From positions 281,787 through 325,403 of the forward strand of contig PS015014.1 in the NCBI GenBank assembly GCA_048213135.1: a stretch of 43,617 bases of DNA, read 5' to 3'. The position numbers were made by a program, and so were the translations under genes. This stretch comes from Reclinomonas americana ATCC 50394 (lineage: Eukaryota). Shown piece by piece: positions 33,351 through 43,617 of this stretch (the stretch's first letter is position 1; the number at the start of each line of letters is the position of its first letter). A model generated the notes under the pieces. That model ran no database searches. It was given only the letters and a program-made list of their open reading frames with translations, and was not told the origin of the DNA.

Positions 33351-34230
33351 TCACATGAACACGGACGTGTATGTGGGCACCTGCACAGCAGCCGCGCGGT
33401 GAGCAACAGAAGAGGCGGGGAGAGTGCACAGCTGCCGGCGTAACCTTGGATTTGATAATGGGGCACGCCTCGGGTCCACCGTGCTCCTCGAGGCACTGCA
33501 GTGTTTCTTCGATTTTCGGCTTGAGCTTCTTGTCAAAGGCCTTTTTCGATATTTGACCCACGATTTGCACGAGATGCTCATTCAACGACGGTCCCACCGC
33601 GCGCGACAGCGACTGAATGGCGTCGAGCGCCGACAGGAACGTCTCCTGATCGGCACCCAGCAACGACACGCGCAGTGGTCCCACCAATTTGTTCAGCAGC
33701 GGCGTTACCTTTTCCTCGGCCGCCTGCCCCTCGCGAGTGAGACCCAGGCCCACCACACACACAGACGCGATGCAAAAACTGACCGTGGCACCCATCATAT
33801 CCTTCCACGCCAGTCGCGCCATGGTCACATACGGATGCTTGGTTTCGCGCAGCCCATCACATACCGTCACCAGCAGCTGCGAGTAGTCCAGGTCCACCAG
33901 CGGCACATCCCACGTCAGATACATACTCGACGAGGTGTGCTGAATGCGTGCCGGGATGGATCCGGCATTGTAGGCGGCCTGGAACGGCGTGGCCTTCTTG
34001 GAGGGCGCCGCAAACGGATCTTACCAATAACAAGAACAATGACAATCAGGGCTCTGCCATACACACTCATTCCCTGTGCCGACAACAGAGGGACGCACTC
34101 ACCGACGACCTTGTGCGTGTCATACCGCGAACGTGAGATGCGAGTCGCCGCCGCAGCACCACTGCTGCTGCCAGCGCCACCATCATCCTCTGTGCAAAAA
34201 ATCAGGACAAGGCAGTTGGTGGTCACTCAA

Positions 34231-34278
<48 letters not shown>

Positions 34279-35067
34279 NNNNNNNNNNNNNNNNNNNNNN
34301 NNNNNNNNNNNNNNNNNNNNNNNNNNNNNNNNNNNNNNNNNNNNNNNNNNNNNNNNNNNNNNNNNNNNNNNNNNNNNNNNNNNNNNNNNNNNNNNNNNNN
34401 NNNNNNNNNNNNNNNNNNNNNNNNNNNNNNNNNNNNNNNNNNNNNNNNNNNNNNNNNNNNNNNNNNNNNNNNNNNNNNNNNNNNNNNNNNNNNNNNNNNN
34501 NNNNNNNNNNNNNNNNNNNNNNNNNNNNNNNNNNNNNNNNNNNNNNNNNNNNNNNNNNNNNNNNNNNNNNNNNNNNNNNNNNNNNNNNNNNNNNNNNNNN
34601 NNNNNNNNNNNNNNNNNNNNNNNNNNNNNNNNNNNNNNNNNNNNNNNNNNNNNNNNNNNNNNNNNNNNNNNNNNNNNNNNNNNNNNNNNNNNNNNNNNNN
34701 NNNNNNNNNNNNNNNNNNNNNNNNNNNNNNNNNNNNNNNNNNNNNNNNNNNNNNNNNNNNNNNNNNNNNNNNNNNNNNNNNNNNNNNNNNNNNNNNNNNN
34801 NNNNNNNNNNNNNNNNNNNNNNNNNNNNNNNNNNNNNNNNNNNNNNNNNNNNNNNNNNNNNNNNNNNNNNNNNNNNNNNNNNNNNNNNNNNNNNNNNNNN
34901 NNNNNNNNNNNNNNNNNNNNNNNNNNNNNNNNNNNNNNNNNNNNNNNNNNNNNNNNNNNNNNNNNNNTGGGGCGCGCCGAGGCCGCACTGCCAGCGCCAC
35001 CACGTGCGCCTCCAACAGGACCCTCCATCACCGTGCTGGAGCCAAAGGAGACTCGCCGCGATGCCAT
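33351..35067 (-). CDS. PACRGL: PACRG-like protein (ParcG family); part of the N-terminus lies in an N-gap
   Basis: FQAAYNAGSIPARIQH..LTWDVPLVDLDYSQLLVTVCDGLRETKHPY..AVGPSLNEHL..LEEHGGPEACPIIKSK|VPTYTSVFM. The start at 35067 (MASRRVSF) is assumed across the gap. Confidence 0.85.
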
Positions 35068-35142
35068 CTTTCCCCTTCTGCACACAGACTGGAACAACGA
35101 AGGACGACGATCAGGACATCATCGTACCAATACGTAGCAGAG

Positions 35143-36891
35143 ATGCGCGGCACACGCGCGCTCGGCGACTGCACGTTGCCGATCGTGGCGCTGTCGATTG
35201 TGGCGCTGCTGTCGTTCATGGGCCTGGTATGGGTCGGCTTTCCATCGTCGCCCACGCAGCGCGCATCATCGTCGTCGTCGTCTGCGTCATCCGCGTCTGC
35301 GTCATCATCGCTGTCGCTCACGCCACCACCACCATCGCCTTCCGATGCCTCTCGATCGGGCAAGGCCGCTGCTGCTGGTGGTGGTGGTGGAGCGACAGGT
35401 CGTGCTCGTGGCACCTCTGCGCAACAACAGCAGTCGCCAAAGCAGTTTCCGCTCTCTGCCAGGTGGCGTGATCTGTGTCCGCTCGGTCGGTGGCTCGAGG
35501 CGCAGCCTGTGGTCACTGAGCAGCGTTGCGTTCGGAGGCTGGTGCCCCGCTCGCGCCGTCTTCCTCGTCTCTCACTCGTTGCGTGCATGCGCAGTCTTGT
35601 CACGCATTGGCGAAAACTGTGCGCTGATTGTGCGCTACCTCGCACCGTGGATGGAGAGCGGCATTAGCGGGGCGGCAGTGGACACGGCACTGGCCAAGTT
35701 TGCGCCGAACAAGTCGCGTCTCGTGGTCTTCTTCTACAATCACGAGAGCAACACGCTGGAGTGGGACGTGATGCATCCGACCGCCGACGGCAAGTCGACC
35801 AGCGATTACCGAGTGTGCGTTTGTTGTTTGTTTCCCCAGCGCCCTCCCCTGACTCCCTCCCTGACTCTGCTCTCTGTTTGTGTGCCTGGCCGTGCAGGAA
35901 AAATATCGCGCGCATGATCCTGCGCGTGATCACTGCCGGGCCGCCACTGTCGCATTCGTTTGTGTTGCCGGTGGAGTGCGACGATGTGCCGAAGCAGCGC
36001 AAGAGTCAGTGGGTGCCGTCGGAGCAGCTGCCGATGCCGCCGTTCTCGGCGGCGTTTCTGGCACACGAGGAGTACTACGATGTGCCGCTGCCGGATTTTG
36101 CGTTTGAGAACTGGGAGGCGGCGTCGTTGGAGGACTACGAGGAGGAGGTGCGGCGAGTGAAGGAGCGAGCCGACAGCACGCCGTGGGAGCGGCGTACGCC
36201 AAAGGCCGTTTTCCGTGGCTCGCTGTCGTCGGGATGGTGGGGCGATGAGCCGAGTCCACGTGCACTGCTGTTCGAGCAGTGTGCCAACGTGACGAGTGTG
36301 TGCGATGTGCGTGAGGCGCGCAAGTGGGCCGGCGCGGACGCCGGTGACGAGGCGGAGCAGAAGCGGCAGGCTGGATATTTGTCGCTGGCCGAGCACTGCG
36401 ATTACCAGCTCATTCTCTCGCCAGAGGGCAAGACGTGGACCGCCCGCACCAAATACCACATGTGGTGCGGTTCGGCCTTGGTGGTGCCACGCCATCGCTT
36501 CCACGAGTACTGGTGGCCGTTGGCGCGTCCGGGTGTCGACTACCTGCCCGTGGAGTACGACTCGCGCACGCTCGTGCAGCGCCTGGAGCGCCTGCTGCTG
36601 CCGCCACCCGCACCCTCAGAACCCAACAAGCAAGTGACGGTGGCCGGCACTGGCACCGGTCAGCCGCCGCCCGGCACCGAACTACGGCGACTCGGTCTCA
36701 ACGCTCGCGCGCTGGCCGAGCGACATTTGACCCGCGAGGCCGCCCTGTTGTACCTGCGCATGATGCTGGAGATGATTGGTGCGCTGGAACAACTCGGCGG
36801 TTTCGATGTCACTCGGCGGCTCAGCGGCCGCCCTGTGCCCGTCAGCGAGCTATTACCGCGGTCTCGCTCAAAAGGGCGCGGCGATGGTTGA
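35143..36891 (+). CDS. Glycosyltransferase family 90 (CAP10/POGLUT-like), type II membrane protein, 2 introns
   Basis: Signal-anchor IVALSIVALLSFMGLVWVGF; DVPLPDF; PWERRTPKAVFRGS; LSLAEHCDYQLILSPEGKTWTARTKYHMWCGS; EYWWPLARPGVDYLPV. Confidence 0.88.
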
Positions 36892-36995
36892 TATTAGAGA
36901 GAGTAAACTTGGCCGAAATTTGCAACTTCCGACGTGCAAACAAACGTCCTGCGTCCCGTGCGGCCGTTTAGGCGACGGAGATCTTAGGCGATTGA

Positions 36996-39525
36996 ATGAC
37001 GTCTTTTGAGCTGGAACACGCCATCGGCTTCTCTGGCAACGTGCCACACAGTGTGCACTTTCACCCCAATGGCCAGGATTTCGTGTATGTGGCGGGCGGA
37101 ACCATTGGTGCGTTGCGCAAATCTGTTTTTCTCTTCTCCTCTCTTCCCTCCTCCATTGTGCTCACTGTGCACACACACATAGTGATCTGCGACCTCAATG
37201 ACTCCCACAATCAAGTGTTCTTGCGCGGTCACGATGACGAGATCACGTGCCTTGCGATTTCATCGTCGGTCAGTGCTTGTCAATCACCCTCCTTTCCCTT
37301 GTCTCTCTGGCATCTCCACTGAGTGTGGAATCGTGTGGATAGGGTCGGTATCTGGCGTCGGGACAGCGAGGCGACAACTCCGACGTGATTGTGTGGGATT
37401 TCGAGGCGCGATCGATGCTGTACCGCTTCAGTGAGCACGATCATGGGATCTCGTGTGTGTCGTTCTCGGAGGACGAGGTGCATCATGTCGCCTTCTGCTG
37501 CTGTCTTCTTTTAGGTTGCCGCTAACAGCTATTGATTGCGACAGAAACTGCTGGTGTCGGCCGGCGATGCGCACGATCGTCGCCTGATTGTGTGGGACTT
37601 GTCGTGCGGTGGCATGGTGGCGTTCCAGTCGGCTGTGGAACCCGTGGACACGGTGACCATGGGCGGTTTCGAAAAGGGTACGCTTCGCCTCTCTTCCAAC
37701 CCAGCAGCGTGGTTGTCGCGCTGAAACGAGAGAGATGAGTGCAGATGTTAAGCGGCGGCCGACTCGCAATTATGTGATCGCCACTGGCGGCAACAAGAAG
37801 CTCACGCTGTGGACGCTGGATCCGTACGGTGGTGAACTGCGGTCCGATATCGTTGCGTTGTGCAGGCGCGCGGCATGCGTTTTCCACGTGCAGCGCCTTA
37901 TCCCCTCCCCCATGCAGATCAACATTGCTTCCATCACGCGCGACTATCGTGCACTGCGCTTCTCTGCCGACGGCGAATTCCTCTACGCCGGCACCGACTC
38001 GGGCGACTTTGCCGTGATTCAGATGAAGAGTCTGGTGTTTGCCGGCACGATTCGTGCGTCGGCCAACGGCATCAAGTCGCTGGTGAGCTGCGCCAAGCGC
38101 ACACTCTTCGTGCCGCATGTGTGGATGTATGTGCTTATTTTTCCGTCCGTCGCAGGTCACACTGCGCAATGGTGGTCTCTGTGTGGGCGGAGGCGACGGA
38201 TCGCTGGTGGCATATTCAGGGCAGGGCAAGGAACTCACGGAGGACTCGCGCACCTACCTACAGGGTGCCGTCATGTCACTCAGTGTGACACACGACGAGG
38301 TACGTGTGGATCTTGGCGATTGTCGTCTGACAGGCACACTCACTCTCTTGTGACGCAGGTGGAGCTGCTGGCCGGCACGTCACGAGGCTTCTTGCATCGC
38401 GCACGAATTCGTGATCTCATGGATCTGGTGCTGCTCGAGGCGCACTCGGCGCCGGTGACCGCAGTGGCGTACAACAGTGGCTTCTCCGATCGATTCGTTA
38501 CCGTGTCCGCGGATGGCTCGTTCCGCCAGTGGGACTCCTCCGACTACACCACCGTGTGCAAGGGCGAGACGCACGGCTCACCCGCCACCTGCGTCGTGTA
38601 CTTGACCGAAGTCATTCTCGTTGGCTGCGAAGACGGCAAGATCCGGTTCGTGCGCGCTTCCCATCGTGCTCGACTCCCTTCGCACCCAGTCGACTGATCT
38701 CTGCAACGCAGGTGTTTCCACTCCGACACTGGCGAATTCTTGTGGGATCTCACGGCACACAGCCGAGCCAAGATCACGGCACTGGCGGCGTCGCGCAACG
38801 AAAAGTTCTTCATCACCGGCGCCGCCGATGGTGAGATTCGTGTGTGGCTGCTGCGGTCACGGGAGATGGTGTCGAGTTTCCGGGAACACTCGTCGGGCAT
38901 CACACAGGTACATTTTCGCTGGTTGCATATCTTGGTCTGCACCCTCGTCGCCACCTCACGTGCGTGCGTGCGTGCGTGTGCAGCTGAAAATCTTTGAGGA
39001 CGACGCGCATGCACTGTCGAGCAGCCGTGATCGCTCGATGTTTGCTTGGGATCTGCGAGTTGCGATGACCCCGTCAATGTGTCACGATTTCTGTCCATCG
39101 TGTTTGACCGTCTTGTATGTTCTCGCAGGCCGAGCGCCGTGTCAACACCATGTCGCAACGGCAAGGAGCCATCAATGACTTTGCGCTGGTTGCTGATCAA
39201 ACACAAGTGCTCTCTGTCGGTCAAGACAAGCGCATCTCGTTGCGTCGTCGGCCAGTGGTGTGAAGCCGCAGCGCTGCAGCGACTGACTCGTGCGTGTAGA
39301 TACTGGGACTTGCGAACGGCGGCCCCCTACAAGCTGATTGACGCGGCGCACTCGGATGACATTCGGACGATCTCAGTTCGTTGCTTGGCGTGCATGTCCC
39401 TGTGCTTCCATTTTGCGTGCTCACTAGCGTGTGCAGTTGAGTCACGGCAATGCCTACGTGGCCACTGGCAGTGCCGACCAGATTGTGAAACTGTGGGACT
39501 TTGAGGGTGCTCTCCTCTCCGAAGG
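36996..39525 (+). CDS. CFAP52/WDR16-family ciliary WD40 protein (orthologue or paralogue); C-terminus runs into N-gap
   Basis: MTSFELEHAIGFSGNVPHSVHFHPNG..FLRGHDDEITCLAISSSGRYLASGQ..VIVWDF; many WD repeats; SVGQDKRISYWDL; YVATGSADQIVKLWDF; about 13 short introns. Confidence 0.85.
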
Positions 39526-40080
39526 TACACCAGCAGCTGCACACACGCACACACTCCTTCACCTGTCTCCGTCGTCGTCCACTCACGCACTTANNNNNNN
39601 NNNNNNNNNNNNNNNNNNNNNNNNNNNNNNNNNNNNNNNNNNNNNNNNNNNNNNNNNNNNNNNNNNNNNNNNNNNNNNNNNNNNNNNNNNNNNNNNNNNN
39701 NNNNNNNNNNNNNNNNNNNNNNNNNNNNNNNNNNNNNNNNNNNNNNNNNNNNNNNNNNNNNNNNNNNNNNNNNNNNNNNNNNNNNNNNNNNNNNNNNNNN
39801 NNNNNNNNNNNNNNNNNNNNNNNNNNNNNNNNNNNNNNNNNNNNNNNNNNNNNNNNNNNNNNNNNNNNNNNNNNNNNNNNNNNNNNNNNNNNNNNNNNNN
39901 NNNNNNNNNNNNNNNNNNNNNNNNNNNNNNNNNNNNNNNNNNNNNNNNNNNNNNNNNNNNNNNNNNNNNNNNNNNNNNNNNNNNNNNNNNNNNNNNNNNN
40001 NNNNNNNNNNNNNNNNNNNNNNNNNNNNNNNNNNNNNNNNNNNNNNNNNNNNNNNNNNNNNNNNNNNNNNNNNNNNNNNN

Positions 40081-41490
40081 CGGCCCGTGAGCTGCATATG
40101 AAGAGAAGAAGGCGGCGGTGGCGTTGCCTGCTGGTGTCGTCCCGATCGCATCGTCGGGCAGTGGCGGAGTCATGGCCGACGACAGCGAGCGGCAGTCGTC
40201 CGACAACGAGCGGCTAATGGTGGTGGTCGCCGTGGCCGCCGTGTCGCCGCGCAAACTACCGTGCGCCACAATGAGGCCGATGCTGGACTGGAGATGCGCC
40301 AGTCGCTGTGCGCCACTGTCGTGCCGATCCTCCATCATGTCGGTCTCGCTGTCGGTGTCCTTGTTGTGGCCACCGGCACCGGCCACGTGGCCACCTCCGC
40401 TCTCAGCCTCGTCCACCGAACTGTTGCTGGCGCTGTGCCAGCGCAAAAACTCGGCGCGTGTCGCCGCCCGACTCAATGCGTCTGCCAACAACGCCCCCGG
40501 CGACGACGACGTAATGGACAGCAGTGGTGGTGTGCTGGCATCCAGCTCCGCGTCAGCCTCTGTCTGTCCGCTGCGCCGCTGGTCTGCTGCTGCTGCTGCC
40601 GCAGTGGTACGAGCACTTGTGGTCGTCGAGGTCCGTGAAGAGCGTGCGGCAAGGGGTGGAGGCGCAGCGGCCTCCTGCTCGCGGAACCAGCCGTCTATTC
40701 GCTCCGTCATACTCAGCTTGCCGAGCTGCGCCAGTCGGTGGCGATTGAGACGCAGCGAGGGACTCAGACCACGCCACACTTGCCGCGATCCACCAGGCGA
40801 CATTTCCACCTCCTCCTCCATCACCACGACGGATACATCGCCGCCCGCCGCGGCGCCGCCCGTGCCCTCCAGCTCTGCCTGATCAATCGAGTCCCTCACC
40901 ACATGCTCTGGCACACAGAGTTCATCCGACACACGAGCCGGCGGTGGCGATGCACTCCGCACCATGCGCCGCCGCCGCCGCGCCAAACACGAGGCATTCG
41001 TCACTGCTGCTGCTGCCGCCGTCGGATGCTGCTTGAGGCGATCAACGGTGAAGCGTTGCGTGGGCGACTGCGTCTGCGGTGGTGGTGGTGACAGCGGTTC
41101 GACCGGCATTGACGGTGGCTCCTGCAGCGTGTCGAGTGGTGGTGGCGACGGCGACGGTGGTGGCACCAGAGGTGAGCACGGCAGCAGGGCCACCGAGGCC
41201 GCCGACTGGCTGGCCACTGTCGCCGCCGCCTGCGACGGACTGCTCATCAGCAGCAGCAGCGCCGCCTCGGCTTCCGGATCCAACCCCGACACCAGCATGT
41301 GTGGAGGCACCATCCGCACGGCATCGTGCTCGCTGCTGCAGCAGCTGTGATCCGCGGCGTGAAAGCGATGATCATCCTCCTCCTCCTCGTCGTCGTCTCC
41401 GCCATAAAAGCTGTCATCGTGGTCGTCGTCGTCCCCGTGAACCATGAACGACTGCTGCATGACGTGCTTGTGTCGGTGATGCTGTGCTTC
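40081..41490 (-). CDS. Low-complexity hypothetical protein fragment flanked by N-gaps
   Basis: Uninterrupted ~470-codon minus-strand frame rich in D/E/P/S/A; no recognised domain. Confidence 0.5.
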
Positions 41491-43217
41491 ANNNNNNNNN
41501 NNNNNNNNNNNNNNNNNNNNNNNNNNNNNNNNNNNNNNNNNNNNNNNNNNNNNNNNNNNNNNNNNNNNNNNNNNNNNNAAGAATCCGCCACTCCCGCCGT
41601 GTGTGTGTGTTGTCAATTAATTTGCGTGCCGATCCCGGTCAGTGTGTGGTTGCCTCGCACGTACGAGCACACAATGAAAGGGGAAAGAGAGAGGGGTATG
41701 GGGGAAGGAGGCACGAGATAAATTCCCGCCGAAGTGAAGCAGGGACAACTCGTAAAATGTGGCGAAAAAAAGAGCGGCAAGCAAGAGCGTGTGTGTGTTG
41801 AGTGACAGCAGCACACGTGCGCGAGAGAAGCAACGGAAAGAAAGCGAGTGGTGGTGGGGAAGAGTGCTCAGCCTTCGCTCGCCACAAAGCTGCAAAGAAA
41901 GAAAATGCAACAGTCTTTTGCAATCATGGCCTTCACACCGATCATGCATTTCCCGCTGATGAAGTTGTGCATTTTGCTGATCGTCAATCGTCGCCTCATC
42001 ATGCCCCTTGCTGCGGCAGGTGGCGTCCACTTGCACCGCGGCGCCTGCACGCCCCTCCACCACCTCGATTCCTTTTTTCTTTGCACGCGCGCCTTCTCCA
42101 AAATCGGCGAGAATCGCGAGTGCTCCGATTCGTGTTTTGCGCGCGAAATCATTTCTTTAGGCGTTTGTCGAGAGGCCGCAACCTCCGTTTGGGGTGTCTC
42201 TGTGTGTGCGTCTTGTTCTCTCTCGTTGCTGCCTCCCCCGTATCAGGTGGTGTGTGGTGTGTGAGAATCGGGCGGGTGCAATAACTGGAGCGCGTGCCAT
42301 CATCATCGTCATGTGCGTCCCGATTCGCTTTCTCGCTTTGTGAAATCGGTTTCCCGAGACGTTACATTGCTCATTGGCCTCGTTCTCCTCCCCTTACCTC
42401 CTTCCCCCTCTCTGCGCATCTCGTTCTCCAATTATTCTCCACTTCTCCCGTGTGTCTGTGCGCGTGCCTCCTGCTCTCCATGTTTGTGCGGTTGTGCAGC
42501 ATCGACATCACCTCAGTTTCACGCCATGGACTCGAGCGGCGAAGGCGATCCTGCTGCNNNNNNNNNNNNNNNNNNNNNNNNNNNNNNNNNNNNNNNNNNN
42601 NNNNNNNNNNNNNNNNNNNNNNNNNNNNNNNNNNNNNNNNNNNNNNNNNNNNNNNNNNNNNNNNNNNNNNNNNNNNNNNNNNNNNNNNNNNNNNNNNNNN
42701 NNNNNNNNNNNNNNNNNNNNNNNNNNNNNNNNNNNNNNNNNNNNNNNNNNNNNNNNNNNNNNNNNNNNNNNNNNNNNNNNNNNNNNNNNNNNNNNNNNNN
42801 NNNNNNNNNNNNNNNNNNNNNNNNNNNNNNNNNNNNNNNNNNNNNNNNNNNNNNNNNNNNNNNNNNNNNNNNNNNNNNNNNNNNNNNNNNNNNNNNNNNN
42901 NNNNNNNNNNNNNNNNNNNNNNNNNNNNNNNNNNNNNNNNNNNNNNNNNNNNNNNNNNNNNNNNNNNNNNNNNNNNNNNNNNNNNNNNNNNNNNNNNNNN
43001 NNNNNNNNNNNNNNNNNNNNNNNNNNNNNNNNNNNNNNNNNNNNNNNNNNNNNNNNNNNNNNNNNNNNNNNNNNNNNNNNNNNNNNNNNNNNNNNNNNNN
43101 NNNNNNNNNNNNNNNNNNNNNNNNNNNNNNNNNNNNNNNNNNNNNNNNNNNNNNNNNNNNNNNNNNNNNNNNNNNNNNNNNNNNNNNNNNNNNATACAGA
43201 GACACGCCCCCACTCAC

Positions 43218-43380
43218 CGCAGTAAACTGTTCGGCTGTCCAGATTGCCACCTGCGTGGTGTTGACAATAGCAGCAGCCACACACACACGTGTCAGAGACA
43301 AGAGAGAGAGAGAGAGAGGCGAGAGAGAGGCAAGTGTGTGGCCATGTGTGCGTGTGTACAAGAGCGCGAGACTCACCCAT
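43218..43380 (-). CDS. First two exons of a gene running into the N-gap, possibly an RRM protein
   Basis: ATGG|GTGAGT..CAG|GTGGCAAT..TGCG|GTGAGT gives MGGNLDSRTVYC; RTVYC(G) resembles an RNP2 motif. Confidence 0.35.
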
Positions 43381-43617
43381 TGCGTGAGAACTCAAAATTA
43401 GATCCGCGTCCAGTTGCGGAAAGCAGCAGTGGGCGCCAGAGAGAGAGAGAGAGAGAGAGGAGAGTGTGGAAAGAGAGAGAGAAAGCTCGCTGGACGAGCA
43501 AGTCACTGGCACGCGGAGCGGAGAAAGGAGACGAAAAAGCGAAAAAGGGAGCTGTTCCTCCTCGCTCACACGGTCACGCGAAAAAAATTGTACTCCCACA
43601 AAAAGCACAAAATTGTG

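Noticed and set aside
7500-39300. GTTGCG introns as copies of an Introner-type mobile element
   Set aside because: In the examples I compared, the intron bodies share no visible similarity beyond the first 6-7 nt and show no TIR or TSD.
41800-42320. Possible gene or ncRNA between the last N-gaps
   Set aside because: Overlapping short ORFs on both strands with no motif or consistent splice pattern; the TGATGA..CTGA pair is too close for a snoRNA.
1-43617. CRISPR arrays, tRNA/rRNA genes, prokaryotic operons or an alternative genetic code
   Set aside because: No repeat-spacer arrays or RNA gene signatures seen. In-frame stops are explained by introns, and TAA, TAG and TGA all terminate genes.

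Overview
Gene-dense, intron-rich eukaryotic (probably protist) genomic window with ~60-90 nt introns, microsatellites and several N-gaps. CFAP52- and PACRG-family genes point to a flagellated organism; I cannot name the species. Spliced by eye, it encodes: a membrane-anchored KP-43/TagC-type S8 subtilisin with FN3 repeats, ARPC5, a 7TM-RGS protein, a Cid1/Trf4-type nucleotidyltransferase, a stand-alone LysRS-like OB-fold protein, RPB10, DBP2/DDX5, ORC3, prefoldin 2, RPL13, PACRG-like, a GT90 glycosyltransferase, a CFAP52/WDR16-family WD40 protein and several unknown genes. Main observations: (1) at least 14 introns use a one-nucleotide-shifted 5' splice site, GTTGCG, and none has G at exon position -1; (2) a 2.6-kb element with perfect 13-bp TIRs and a 4-bp GATG target duplication sits in the ~100-bp bidirectional promoter between ARPC5 and the 7TM-RGS gene; (3) ORC3 has a U12-type AT-AC intron; (4) DBP2 has a 1-kb hairpin-rich intron at the position conserved in yeast DBP2 and human DDX5; (5) the RPL13 start codon is split by an intron; (6) head-to-head gene pairs recur with only 75-100 bp between start codons. 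All gene models are manual inferences without RNA data or database searches.
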